Under the pieces are notes generated by a model. The model saw only the letters and a program-made list of their open reading frames with translations, did no database searches and was not told the DNA's origin. From positions 192,001-256,000 of the forward strand of contig CAVOYH010000001.1 in the NCBI GenBank assembly GCA_963700635.1: a stretch of 64,000 nucleotides of DNA, in the 5' to 3' direction. Positions 63,967 to 64,000 of this stretch are shown here, piece after piece (position 1 is the stretch's first letter; each line of letters begins with the position of its first letter). The DNA comes from an uncultured Bacteroidota bacterium (GTDB lineage: Bacteria; Bacteroidota; Ignavibacteria; UBA10030; UBA6906). A program made the position numbers and the translations under genes.

Positions 63967-64000
63967 ATGGAATCTCATGGATTAACTTTTGACCTTACGG
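63967..64000 (+). CDS. start of next gene (truncated); MESHGLTFDLT resembles an acyl-CoA dehydrogenase N-terminus
   Basis: GAGGT SD upstream; only 11 codons visible. Confidence 0.3.
   Translation, partial: MESHGLTFDLT

Overview
A core-genome window, about 58% GC by eye, most likely from an Ignavibacteria-like member of the Bacteroidota/Chlorobiota group. That placement is inferred from the YPNPFNP-type T9SS sorting domain, the 11-subunit complex I and the SD-led genes. Gene content in order: methylmalonyl-CoA mutase/MeaB/epimerase joined to a Na+-translocating decarboxylase operon; frameshifted uppP; a pseudo-receiver protein; queE-queC; class I fumarase; acyl-CoA ligase; nuoABCDHIJKLMN without nuoEFG; coaX-birA; dnaK-clpB; an RsmB-like methyltransferase; DUF58; uvrA; a lipoprotein plus T9SS subtilase; mpg; mscL; OmpA with Ca-binding repeats; an acylating aldehyde dehydrogenase; ruvBAC-yebC-recJ; RNase P RNA; rnhA/zinc-ribbon/Nif3; a two-component/sigma54 cluster; gcdH-like, guaB, purD and a second meaB. 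I saw no tRNA, rRNA, CRISPR array, IS or prophage. The strongest leads are: (1) a stand-alone lipoprotein that copies the propeptide of the neighbouring secreted subtilase (23/57 identities by hand), a candidate membrane-anchored protease inhibitor or chaperone; (2) an unannotated ~155-nt structured RNA with its own promoter and terminator directly upstream of Nif3; (3) an aldehyde dehydrogenase with a microcompartment-type encapsulation tail, placed after ruvB; (4) two sigma54 promoters with enhancer-like palindromes (dnaK and an orphan 76-aa ORF), plus a receiver-HisKA protein lacking an ATPase domain beside a sigma54 activator. All calls come from reading motifs; no searches were run.
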